Below, one piece after another: positions 24,985-37,592 of a DNA stretch of 61,416 nt. This DNA is from Octopus bimaculoides. Lineage: Eukaryota. The notes under the pieces are model-generated. The model made no database searches. It was given only the letters and a program-made list of their open reading frames with translations, and was not told where the DNA came from. The stretch spans positions 23,959,386-24,020,801 of the forward strand of contig NC_068985.1 of NCBI RefSeq assembly GCF_001194135.2. The letters run 5' to 3'. The translations under genes were made by a program, and so were the position numbers. Numbering within the stretch: the stretch's first letter is position 1; each line of letters starts with the position of its first letter.

Positions 24985-25610
24985 TTTATATATTCGAGTA
25001 GAAGGACAGATTCATCTATCTTAAATTGCTTTGCTTACTTCCCCTGTATTGAGTGGTCAATTCCAACTTGTGAAGTGGCTGGCATAGAATAAGACAGCTC
25101 TGGGATTAATACAGAACTCTCTCTCCTCTGCCTCTCTCGTTCTCTCTCTCCTTAAAACAAGGTCGATATACATGGCACAATCGTTTGTTGCTCATTGGCA
25201 GCTGCAAATGGTTTATGGCATATAAGAGGAATTCTTCATCATCATCACATTTGAAGAACAAACCGTGTTTCAGCTACAATAACTCGATGATTGCAAGGTG
25301 ATGTGGCGGCAATGGAAGGGTAGGAGGAGATGTGAGAGTGGTAGTGTGCGGTTTGTGGTTTGGAGTAATGGTGGTGGAGATGAAGAGGTCGGTTTGTATG
25401 CAATTACAAAGGTAAACCAATGATGATTCTGTTGTCTTGTTTCAAACATTTTCCTTCGCCTGCTTATATTACTGCAGTGTGTGTGTTAATGTCTAAAAGC
25501 GCAAAATGTGCAATGCCACACCTTCAGCACTACGTGTTAATATGTATATATATACACACAAAAACTATGCACACACACACACACATGTATATATAAATGT
25601 ATGTGTGTAT

Positions 25611-25688
<78 letters not shown>

Positions 25689-26302
25689 ATGTATGAAAAT
25701 AGCACATACACACACATACACATGCTTACACATGCACATACAAGCTTTTACAAAAAAGCCATTCCTCACGGAATACGAAATATAATCACATAGAAAATTA
25801 TTAGTTGATAAAGCTAATATCTTCCATTAAAGTTATAGAAAATAAATTGCAATTGGCTGTGAATTTTTTTTTTTTTATTAATATCAAAATACCGGATTAT
25901 ATCATTAAACAAAAGTATTTTTAATGTCCATTTCTGCTTACTACAAAATTATGGCAATAATAGCACCACAATCATTACGTCATTGTGAAGATAGGACCGG
26001 AATAGTTTGAAAACATGAATGGACTTAACCTAAGTTACTGAATTAATAAAGAGAATATAAAGAGTACGACAATGAAAAAGGATTTAATTTAAACATAGTC
26101 GTGTCTTCAACACAACAATGTTTGAATGTGTCTAATATGTGTAAATGCAAACTTACACTGTTGAAGAAAAATAGAATATTTGAAATGGCATCAACCAGTC
26201 GCCCTCCCCACTTTCAGTGTTCACGATGAGATTGTATAAACGTTACTGACGTTTACGTCTGTCTTATGTATCTAGTAAATTGATTTAATTTACGAACATA
26301 TT

Positions 26303-26514
26303 CTTTTCCACTCTAGGTACAAGGGCCTAAATTTTGGGGGGAGGGGTCAGTCGATTAGATCGACCCCAGTACGAAACTGGTACTTAATTTATAGACCTCG
26401 AAAGGATGAAAAGCAAAGTCGACCTCGATGGAATTTGAACTCAGAACGTAAAGACAGATGAAATACCGCTAAGCGTTTCGCCCGGCGTACTAACGCTTCT
26501 ACCAACTCGCCACC
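26303..26514 (-). mobile_element. SINE family B, full length, 19-bp TSD
   Basis: TSD TTTAATTTACG(A/T)ACATATT at 26284-26302 and 26515-26533. Confidence 0.95.
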
Positions 26515-26759
26515 TTTAATTTACGTACATATTGACGGCTAAAATCTTTGGGTGTTCTCTGTAGTAAAGTTTTGTATGAAAAATAAACACCACTGACCCG
26601 TTTATAATTTAGGTTACAGAATTAACGACAGAAAATGTCAACTATACAAATCTATCTACATGATTTAGTTATATGCGTAACAACTGTAAGTATAAATACG
26701 ATTTCATATTGCAGACGGTTAACGATTGCCGAGGAAATTATGGAACTGTATTTTTTAAT

Positions 26760-26924
26760 TGTTTTGTCGACGTCCCCAGGCGAAGAAGTAGGATCTCCCA
26801 AGACATATAAATAGAGGTAGTCTGGCCGTGGTAGGAGTGTTGAGTAACAGTCGAGTAGCAGTTGTGTAGCGGTTGAGTAGAGGTCATTCGAAGGTGCGAG
26901 ATAGCAGTAGCTTGGGACATAACC
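26760..26924. mobile_element. Solo LTR copy 1 (165 bp)
   Basis: TGTTTTGT...ACATAACC termini, flanked by TTAAT and CTAAT (5-bp TSD, 4 of 5). Internal ATATAAATAG. Colinear with 27879-28043. Confidence 0.75.
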
Positions 26925-26989
26925 CTAATCAATCACGCTTTTACTGACCACAGCAAGTTTATGTGTGTGTTGTGTTTGTTGTGCTTTGT

Positions 26990-27067
<78 letters not shown>

Positions 27068-27878
27068 ATATTTGCAGATACATTATGACCGAAGGGTACT
27101 GAAGTTTGCCTCACAATCACGAACTCCAGCTTTCGGTTCTGCTGTGTTGCATTTTGGCAAGTATAATTTTCTATAGCCATCGGTCCACCAATACAGGTAA
27201 GTGGAATCAAGGTTGACGGAAACTGTGCAGAAGCCTGTTGGCTGGAGTGCGCCCGTAATACCGATGTCTAGCCTTGTCATTCTGTGTCGGGCTGACTCCA
27301 CCTGAGAATTTCATTAAGTGTTCATGTGCCTCAGGAATACTCGCCCAGCTATGTGTTAAGTCAATGATCCTGCTAGTTCAGTGGATCGAACTACGGAAAT
27401 TTTATGGTCGGAAATTCTGTCCGAGATCCAGTTATATTACATACATGCATACATGCATGCTTAAATACTGTAATGAGAATGTATTTTTCTTAATTATAAT
27501 ATTGTAATGATTGAGTTTTAGTTATTTTGGGGTTAGAAAAGTTTAGCCTATTGGTTGGTTTTGAATCAATGAAGTCTAGATATATATATTCACCAGCTAT
27601 TTTCAAGAAAATAAAAAGGGTTATTTCCCCTTTCGCTTCGATCGTCTCGGCTCGGAGAAATTACGAATTTAGGCAAACACGCAGGCGTTTGAGAAGGAAA
27701 TACGACCGTCACATTTGATATGGAACTCTCCGTTATCAAGAACTCACATTTATACAATTTATGCTTCTTGGATTCATGACTCTGGTAACTATTTCATCTT
27801 GATCAATATTTGGCTACTGACCAAATTATTTTGTAACAACTCTGTACTGCCATTATTGCAAATTTTTTATCATATTTC

Positions 27879-28043
27879 TGTTGTGTTGACGCCCCCAAGC
27901 GAAGAAGTAGGATCGCCCAAGACATATAAATAGAGGTAGTCCAGCCGTGGTAGAGGAGATGAGTAGCTCTTGAGTAGCCGTCGTGTAGCGGTTGAGTAGA
28001 GATCATCCGAAGGTGCTAGGTAGCAGTAGCTTGAGACATAACA
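27879..28043. mobile_element. Solo LTR copy 2 (165 bp)
   Basis: TGTTGTGT...ACATAACA inverted termini (7 of 8), with a perfect ATTTC TSD at 27874-78 and 28044-48. Confidence 0.85.
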
Positions 28044-28417
28044 ATTTCTCAATACACAACTGTATTGTACAGACCTGTTTGTTTTACTTGCTGGTTTCGA
28101 GCGGGGACTGTTTACTTGTCATGCAGTAACCGTAACAATACATACATACATGCATGCATGCATATATACATATACAATGAGAAAAGCAATGCATGGGTAC
28201 TTATCCCGTAAGCTAGAGGGCAATAACAGCATTGATAGGAAGAGTAGCTTCTCCTGGACCTGTGATAGATACATTACATCCCACCAAGTTGAAAATGTGA
28301 CAGTGGTTTTGTTATTAATATTCGAACAATGAAGCTTTGTATCTTTGTAAGAAACCAACTCCCATCCTACAAGAAGACTTCAAATAATTACAAACAGAAG
28401 GGAACACACACACACAC

Positions 28418-28448
<31 letters not shown>

Positions 28449-29619
28449 TGTCCGTCCGTCCGTACGTAATACATACATGCATACATGCATACATGCATAT
28501 TCACACTCATACATACATACACACGTGCATACATACGTACATACGTACATACATACATATATATACATACATACATACATACATACATACATACATACAT
28601 ACATTCATACATACATACATACATACATGCGTATGTGGCTCTGTAAATATACATTTAACAGTCGTCCGCAGTCGCATACATACACAGCACACAGATATGT
28701 TGTGCCAGAAACTGTCAGTAGTAACAAACTGTCCGTAATATTACCTCCGTATTGCTCTTCCTCCCCAACACACTTTCATTTCTGTCATATTTTCCCATCT
28801 TAAATAACTCATTCCTAATAACTATCGTCAAAATCCCAACATTTGCTCCACCTCTAAAATTACATCCTATTATTTAAGATCATTTGGAAATATGAAGACC
28901 GCTTTTCGAAGTCTCTTAGACATCTGTGTGACGTGTTAATAGTGACGGTTTACGCTGCTTGCTATCAGCCATTCTTTCATTGAGTAAATTTACTTTGATT
29001 AAAACACATCATCGTCTTCACAGCAATCAGTGAAGTCGGAATGCTTGCGTTTCAAATAATGATTTCAAATAATAAAAAGTTAATAGATTTCGTTGGTAAT
29101 ATTCAATTATAAAGATAAAGTTAATAGAATGGAAATCTCGGCGAATAAAAAGGCTAACCGAACAAAGAACGACTGTGAAGAATACCCATCATTATCAATG
29201 ATTTCATTTAAATTTCGGTTCAATACCAGATTACTTATGTGACTTGGGCAAAACTCCTAATTTTACATTTTTCAATCTCCAAAAGGCAAAATCTCCAAAG
29301 TTTAGTATTAACGATTCTTTTCGATTTACTCTGGGAAGAAATGTCTATGCATTAAAGTCACTTTAATAGAGCACATTAATTACATTCACCAATTAATCTC
29401 AGATACCATAACCCATAATATACTGAACTACAAAAGAAACGCCGCACTGTGAAAGATTATTTGTTTCACACACGACAGTGAGATGATATGGAATTTATCA
29501 CATTTCTAGGTAATTTGACATCAGGAAGATGTTACCGACCCGCAACACCAATCTTCTTTGAAAACACAAGGATTGCATGTAAGGTTCTGATTCGTTCACT
29601 TTTCGTTAACATGGTAATG

Positions 29620-29690
29620 CACGTGAACGCATCTTTATGGAAAGTATGATGCACGTGCAGAACGTTGGCTCATAGGGTATAAAAGGCAAC
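29620..29690 (+). promoter_or_regulatory. Putative Tc1 transposase promoter
   Basis: TATAAAAG at 29678-85, about 50 bp upstream of the ATG. CACGTG boxes at 29620 and 29652. Confidence 0.45.
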
Positions 29691-29732
29691 CAAATTTCCC
29701 AGCCTGTCATTTGTTTCCCAAATGCAGCAAAC

Positions 29733-30742
29733 ATGCCAAGACTGACACGAAATCAAAAAGGAGCAAGTCATCGGACATTTCCAAGCTTGTCAACATGCAT
29801 GGGTCATTGCTAATGACTTGAACTGCAATATTCGGACAATTGAGCGGCTGAGGGAACGATACAATGCCAGAAACAGCACAGATGATCGTCCACACAGTGG
29901 TCGACCGAGGGTTACAAATGCACGTCAAGATCGCCAACTGTACCGACAGCACTTGCAGGACCGATGCCGGAGGGCAACGGAATCAGCTAGGCAGACCATT
30001 AGGGACTCACCACAGACCCATTTGTGCAGAGACAGTTCGCCGCCGGCTGAGATCTTTCAATCTATCTTGCCAATGTCTGGCTAGGGGCCCCATTCCCACA
30101 GATCGTCATCTACGGGCATGACTGCAGTGGGCTCAAAAACGTCAGAACTGGCGATAGCAGCAGTGCAGCACTGTCGTCTTCTCTGACGAAAGCCGATATT
30201 GCATTTCTGTGTCAGATGGCAGAAACAGGGTTGGGAGAAGGGGTGAACGTCATGCCGATGGCTGTGTGGTGGAGAGAGACTCATGAGGAGGACAGAACAT
30301 AATGGTATGGGGCGGATTACACTCAGCTAGAAACTTGAACCGGTGGTCTTCTAAAACATCAGTCAAGGCCAAGGCAATGGAGTAATCGCTGCTCGTTACG
30401 TCGACCAAGTGTTGAGGCCTCACATTGTGTCATACTTTGTCCGTCATCTGAATCACATGTTTTAACACGAAAATGCCCGTGTCCAAACTGCAGGTTGACA
30501 ACAAACTTCCTCCAACAGCACAACATCAAAACACTGCCATGGCCTACCCTAAATCAGGACTTGAACCCCATAAAGCACCTATGGAACGAAATCCAAAGAA
30601 GGCTAAATGACATCGGTCCAAGGCCGACAACTTCGGCACATGCGCTGTTATCCCCTTGGCCTTCTTCAATCGTTTGGCGCATTCAATGTGCAAAAGATGG
30701 CTGGTGGTAATCAACGCTAACGGTGGTCATACGGAATATTGA
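29733..30742 (+). pseudogene. Tc1 DD34E transposase pseudogene
   Basis: Stitched frames give MPRLTR..., DRPHSGRPRVT, FSDESR, VWGG, HENAR (D to E), WP...DLNPIKHLW (E to K) and GGHTEY*. There are 34 residues between the second and third catalytic positions, plus several frameshifts and stops. Confidence 0.93.
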
Positions 30743-30955
30743 GTTCATTTCTTTGGATCCAGGACACTCTGTCATCAAGTGACACCATATGACGTCAAAC
30801 ATGTTTCTGGAAATGAGGTTTTATCATTGGGAAAGAACTGTTTTTTAATTAGCATTCTCCAATCAATGCTATGGGAGTTTGTTCAGAATCTATTTAGAAT
30901 GTGTGAGACGTTTCTTTTGTGGTTCAGTATATTTATTTTAATTATGATTTAGTAC

Positions 30956-31245
30956 AAGGCAGTACTGGTGGAATCGTTCGCATGCCGGGGATAATGGTTA
31001 GCGGCATGGTTTAGTATAAAACAGCAAGCTAGCAAAATCGTTAGCATGTCGGATGCTTAACGGAGTTTCTTCCAAGTATCTACGTTCAGATTTCAAATAA
31101 AACTGAGGTCAAATTTGCATTTTATCGTTTCGGTATCGATAAAATAAAATACCAGTCGAGTTGTGAGGTTGTCATGCAATCGACTTTCCCCTTTCCTAAA
31201 AACTACTTGTGGCCACATGCCGAAATTTGAATCAATTAATGTTGC
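30956..31245 (+). mobile_element. Two older SINE B copies (a head fragment and a degraded full copy)
   Basis: Heads GGCAGTACTGGTGGAATCGTTCGC (30956) and AGCAAGCTAGCAAAATCGTTAGC (~31022). The second continues into a Nin-type domain. Confidence 0.7.
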
Positions 31246-31267
31246 GATGTGGCAGAATCGTTTGCGA

Positions 31268-31491
31268 AGGCGGCGAGCTGGCAGAATCGTTAGCACACCG
31301 GGCGAAATGCTTAGCGGTGTTTCGTCTGCCGTTACGTTCTGAGTTCAAATTCCGCCGAGGTCGACTTTGCCTTTCATCCTTTCGGGATCGATAAATTAAG
31401 TACCAGTTATCGATTTAATCCCGTTGTCTGTCCTTGTTTGTCTCCTCTATGTTTAGCTCCTTGGGGGCAATAAAGAAATAAAGAAATAAGG
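31268..31491 (+). mobile_element. Young SINE B with an alternative 3' tail, inserted into an older B head
   Basis: Near-consensus B head and Nin-type domain, with tail GTCTGTCCTTGTTTGTC...AAAGAAATAAGG. TSD ATC(G/A)TTTGCGA at 31257-67 and 31492-502. Confidence 0.9.
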
Positions 31492-31549
31492 ATCATTTGC
31501 GAGTCGGGCAAAATACATAAAAGTGAAAACAAAATAATATTCATCACAC

Positions 31550-31603
<54 letters not shown>

Positions 31604-31650
31604 CAACAACAACAACAACAAAAAATAACAACAACGACGACGACAACAAT
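31550..31650. repeat. (AAT)n/(AAC)n/(GAC)n microsatellite
   Basis: Directly visible. Confidence 0.9.
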
Positions 31651-32562
31651 AGCCACTACTGTATTCAGGTGTTAGTTATCTGTAAAAGCAGTTTACATTA
31701 CACACCATCATTTTCTGTTTAGCTGCGAAAAATTCTTTGATTGGAGCGGTAGATGAAAGATGTATGCATGTATGTATGTATGTATGTATGTATGCATGTA
31801 TGTATGTATGTATGTATGCATATATGTATATATACATATACGTATACATATATAGATACAAATATGTATGTATGTATATATATATATATATATATAAGCA
31901 TATATAAGCATATATATATATATATATATATATAAGCATACATACACACACATATGTGTGTGTATGTGTGTGTATGTATATATGTATATATGTATGTATA
32001 TGAATTATTATGGGGAAAAAGGAGGAGAAGGTGGGGAAAATGATATGGTGATGTTGAGAGGTAGAAAGGATGGAGAAGATAAATAATCATAAAAAGATGA
32101 GAAAATGTGCAGGGGAAAAAAAGAAAAGAAAAAAAGGAGGCAAAGGAAGAAAATCGTATGAAGGAAAAAAATATAGAAACTAAAACAAAAGAACTAGAAC
32201 AAAATGGAGAATATAAAAAGAACAATGAACCATTTTTTTTTTCAAAATATTCCCAATTTTCAGCAATTTTCTCTGAAGAGGTTTTTCTGAGAAATTGAAG
32301 CTAAAAAGGTTGGTGTGATGTAGGAAGGAAGAGGAGAAGTAGGATAAGAAAAGCTGACGGAAGAGGAAGTGGAGTAAAAGAAGAACAGAAGTAGTAGGAG
32401 GAGAAGAAGAAGAAAATGGACACGAAAAACATACAAAATACAAGCAAACACGAAAAATCCGTAATCATAACGGCGAATGTGAAAAATTGTGCAATTTACT
32501 TAGTGGAGCAAATGTTAAAAAATAACAATAACATCAACAACAAAATGTACAAACAGACATAT

Positions 32563-32605
<43 letters not shown>

Positions 32606-32746
32606 CGTACATGAACAGATACATGCATGCACGCAAGTGTCTGTAAAGGTTCGGCAAACATCATGCATGGTAATCAACAAACGAAGAGTTATTGGACTAT
32701 AAGAGGTTACAAAATAGAGGAACAAAAAAGCAGACATGCAGCTTAT

Positions 32747-32793
<47 letters not shown>

Positions 32794-32966
32794 TTGGGTG
32801 GGTAGCTAGTTAGCGAACTGCGTACTTAGATAAATGGATGGATGTATAGCTAGTTTGATAGCTAGATAACTAGATGGACAGATAGCTATAGAACAAAAGG
32901 AAGGGGAAAAGTAAAGTAGAGAGAGCATGAGAGAAAGGAGGGTGGAGAAAAAGATATGTTTACTGC

Positions 32967-33002
<36 letters not shown>

Positions 33003-35435
33003 ATAATAAGAGTGAAAAAACTACAGAAGGCTTGTGTTACATGGTTAAAGTATATATTTAAATTATGTCAGAAAAATGTTAGAAAAATGCTATAAAATCT
33101 TTTTGGTATATAAACATTGTATTTTGAGAAATAAACGGTTTCGTGTTGTCTTTTCAAATTTCTCTACTTCATTGTAACGTGTTCGCTCGTGCGTGAGTCT
33201 CTACAAAACAAATGTTGTCGCGCGCATAACCGAAAGTTGAAAAACGTTCATTTCGCAGTCATGAGACCTTTGGGTGGATCTTGCCATGGGGTACTTCAAG
33301 CGCGATTACTGGGCTATATCTCTAATTCAAAATGCCAGCCTAGTGCCATTTTCTTTCACTCTGATTCTGCGTAATTATTACGTTAAGCATACAAGGATTA
33401 GACAGCTTAGTTGACTGGGCAATTAGGACACTCGTCTTCGAAACTGAAGAGGGAATGTGGTGGGATGGTTGGTAAGGAAAAGGGAAAGCAGTTGAAGTTG
33501 TGTGTATTAGGGACAGGAAGATGGAGGATTTGCAGAGATATGACCTCCGCTCCCATCACCGCCAAAGTACAGCCTTGACGGTCGGTTTCGTAATGATGTC
33601 GTTCCAGCGTCGAAAACTGCGGAGTGCAGAATGTTCAACTCAGGAGCTATTTTGGTGACTTACACGCTACCGGATATTCAAATAGTCCACAAGATAGTGA
33701 CACAAGGCGGTGAAGAGACGCACAGACTTATATCTTGCCCTCACACTCTTTTCAAACAATTATTAAACCTACTTACACACATCTCTCTTTCCCTGGCTTT
33801 TAATATATTTTTTTAACTACAAGACATCATTTTTCCCACTTCTACCCTACACATATCTATTCTTCCATTCAGCGTTCTGCATATGCTACAACCACGCTGC
33901 TTTCTTATTTAACATTCGGTTTATTTTTGTATTCTTGAAAAAGAAACATTCTCCGAAACGTCCGACACTCCTTCTTTCTATTCAATGTAATTATATACTT
34001 TGTAACCTTGCTCGTAATTTTCTTGCTTTTATTTTTTCTCAAAACCATTGGATGTTCCATTGCTATGCTGATGCAGACTTCCTGAATGAACACTGGATAA
34101 TACTTTAAAATAATAAAGCAACGAGGAAGCGTCAACTAAGTCTGATCACTTAATAATAACATTTACATCTTAGTCACATCCAAGCCTATCCTCTTAAAAA
34201 AATAAACAAACACAATAGATAATATAGTCCAAGAATTTAACAGAAGCTTTAAAACATTTAAATCGGTTTTCTAGCGTTGCTGCGAACCCGTAACCTCTCT
34301 AATGCCATAAATATTGATTTTCTTTGCGATATTTATAGTTTCCCCACGGATATTAGTGTCTCAAGTAAGTTGACTGGACTTCTACCAGGAGAAGAAACCA
34401 TGACGTGATTTCTGACTAAGGAGACGATAATATTTGTTCTATGTTACTCATCAGGAAAAGTCAGATACGATTTCTTTTGAGTTTGTACGAATCCAAATGA
34501 AAATACAAAATAAATAAAATTAAATCGACTTGGGTATAATACTGGTACAAAATGCATAATCCTCGAAGATAGAAAAGAGGAGTACAGCAGTATTTAGACT
34601 TGGAATACAGATGGGTAGAACTAGATACTTGTTGACATATTCCAGCATTCTACGTTTATGCTGATTCCCCGTTCAAGCCATCACTTACATTCATATTCGA
34701 CGAACGTATATTTCAATGCCACTTTCAGTATCACTTTCATTGATAATAATGACAGTTTCTTAAATTTCGAAATGTATTTTCCAGTAATCTTAGAAACCTA
34801 AATATATTCGGTATATATATATTCAGCCAGCTTGTAATCATGAACTGGAATTTACCTAATTATTCATCAAAAATTTGATTTAAGGAAATTATATTTTTGC
34901 AATATATTCTTTAAATTAATCATGTTCTAAACTTTATTTAATCTTTGATAAATCGCAAATAGAATCGAAGTCTTTTGCCATCTTTCGATATTCCAAATTT
35001 TGTCAACTTAAATATCTGAAAATTTAATTATGGTATTTAATTTTCTATTTACCTTTATTAAGAATTTGTGTAAATGATGTTTTCGTTAATTATACAAAAC
35101 CACGATGTAAAGTAAGATAATTAGGTATGGAACATCGTTTTGTATCATCTTATATTTTTTGATAACCGTCTTATTGCACTTTAGACGTTAAAAAATTCTA
35201 ATTTTCTCAAATTTCAAAGAGTGCTTAATTAAATTTTATTTCATATTTCAGTAAAATATGTCCATTAATTAACAACATCAGAGTAATTATAAATTTTGAT
35301 TTTGCGGTAATTTCAAAACCAATAATTTTTTTTTGTGTGAACAAAGAATAAATGGGAAACTAAATACTGAAGATGCTTTTTTTTTTCTTTAGTATTCACA
35401 AGGCCTTAAGTCTTAAAGGAAAAATATAAAGAATA

Positions 35436-35650
35436 TTCTTTTCTACTCTAGGCGCTCGGCCCGAAATTTTTGAGAGGGGGCCAGTCGATTAGATCGACCC
35501 TAGTACGCAACTGGTACTTAATTTATCGACCCCAATAGGAAGAAAGGCAAAGTCGACCTCGGCGGAATTTGAACTCAGCACGTAAAGACAGACCATATAC
35601 CGCTAAACATTTCGCCCAGCGTGCTAACGTTTCTGCTAGATCGTCACCTT
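35436..35650 (-). mobile_element. SINE family B, full length, 16-bp TSD
   Basis: Perfect AAAAATATAAAGAATA at 35420-35 and 35651-66. Confidence 0.95.
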
Positions 35651-36299
35651 AAAAATATAAAGAATACTGTGGTGTTTATGCGTTTCTGTTTGACATCGGC
35701 AGCTCTTGTCGACTGGGAAGAATCATCGAGAACAAGAAACAAGTCATCCTTTCGGTTGAGAGCTTATCTATTTTCTCACAACACTCCTCAATATATTTAC
35801 AACATTAATATCAAAAAATGTATAAGCTACCCTAAAACAAAGCAAGGGTTTTTTTTCGTTTTTAGCTAATAATAAAACTTAGGAAATATCCAGGAGGTTG
35901 TTTTACCTCCTTGTAGTTCTGTAGGTACTTAAAGCAATATTTTGAAAGACAACTTTCGAAATAGCTCTTTCGAAAGCCATTGCATGTAGTGGGAGCCCAT
36001 CCACAGACAGATTGAAATGGTAGTATTTTGTAACCTCCAATCACACTACATATTAAAATCAAATTCCCACATAGTTTTCTTTGTTTTTCGTCGCACATAC
36101 TACTAGTGTGTAATGCGCTAGGTTTGATTCAATCTACACTACTACTTTCCTATCACATTTTTGTGAAGGGTGTCAGTGTTTGGAACGATACAGTACCGCA
36201 CTAAATACCTTAGAAAAGGTAATTACCAAATAAGGACGTTCCTGGAAAAACCAAATACGTACCGCTCTATGAAGCATCTGCAGTCAACTGCAAAGGTTC

Positions 36300-36660
36300 T
36301 GCCATGATCCTACTGTATGATAAGGGCCAGACTGAGAGTACATAACGTATCTGTTGCTAATATAATGTGAAAGGAAACGTTTAAACGAATGTTTCTTATT
36401 AAGCAAAATAAATACCAGAGATGCTTTGCTCGACACAGAAACTGCAGCATTAGAAACCCTTCTGCATCTTCAGCAATTAGCTCAGTGTCACAAGCGTTTC
36501 GCCAGAATAGAGCAGCAAGGACTGAATTAGACTTCGCCTGCTGTAGGATTCCATCTACCATCTCTTGTCAATTAAATCCACCTTTATCCGGTTTATCATG
36601 TCTATCTCTTTGGTTGCTTTCTTCAGTTGTTTGAGTTCCATATCAACCTTCTGCAGGAAG
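36300..36660 (-). pseudogene. Possible highly decayed RTE-like LINE remnant
   Basis: The minus frame includes SLIQSLLLYSGETL, resembling the LLYG.ETW motif downstream of RTE RT. Many stops. Confidence 0.3.
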
Positions 36661-37513
36661 AGTTAATCTTGCAGAAAAATAATGTGATTATTACATCAGA
36701 TGCAGATGCATTAAATCAAACAAAAGAGAAATGGGGAAACTCTTAAGAAATTTAGCATCACAGACCATTTGAATGCTGAGGTCAGAAGGAAAAGTACAAA
36801 GTTAGCACTGACTGATTATCTAAGGCGTGAAACTATATTATCAAACTTGTCTTTTCTTTGTTTAAAAGGATAGGGTAGTTTGAGCCAAATTCAGTTGCTT
36901 CTGTCAGAGGCCGTTCGTGCAGTATTGGTGTAACCTTGTTGGCTCAAGTTTGAAATTGCTTGTTGATTAAGTCTCTTTAAAAATATATATAAACGATGTA
37001 AGACCTAAAACTCAAACACTTATTTAATAAAGGTTGCTTCTCTTTGAATTTGAACAATTAAATGTTTAACATCACAGTTTCTCATGAAATTGCATTTCAC
37101 CCGAGTACTACAGCGGTTACTCACTTCTGGTAGAGGCTCCTCTCGTTGGCTCACCTAGACATAGTCATCTCTGACGGGTGGACAGATATTTTTTGTTTCC
37201 AATATGAAATTGCTGGCTGAAACAAAGTCAAACAACATCGAGCCCTCAGGGATGCAGTGGTATTCTTTATTATTAGCCCAGTTTCCGTTTATGCCTTATT
37301 CTGAAGCAATAACTTTCATTATTTGCATTTAGAGTTTTCTTTGGCTGTAGTTAGAACCCTTACTACAAAGTTGACCAGGATTCGAACGCGTGAACTCTCG
37401 TACTCAAAAACAGAGTCATAAATTCTAGACCAACGCGCCTACATACATACATACATACATACATACATACATACATACACATGTACATATTTATACACAC
37501 ACATATACATACA

Positions 37514-37592
<79 letters not shown>

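Larger units (their letters stand above)
29421..30929 (+). mobile_element. Tc1-family DNA transposon, full length (1509 bp), non-functional
   Basis: TIRs TACTGAAC(T/C)ACAAAAGAAACG at 29421-41 and 30909-29 (20 of 21). TA TSDs at 29419-20 and 30930-31. Encloses a transposase pseudogene. Confidence 0.95.

Noticed and set aside
26760-28043. A single LTR retrotransposon or TRIM spanning both repeats
   Set aside because: Each repeat has its own TSD, the outer flanks differ, and there is no PBS, PPT or internal ORF.
29818-30710. Functional transposase gene
   Set aside because: Several frameshifts and stops, and two catalytic residues are substituted.
33544-33816. 90-codon open + frame (includes ORF 33631-33816)
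   Set aside because: No recognisable motif or clear splice context; the length is within chance.
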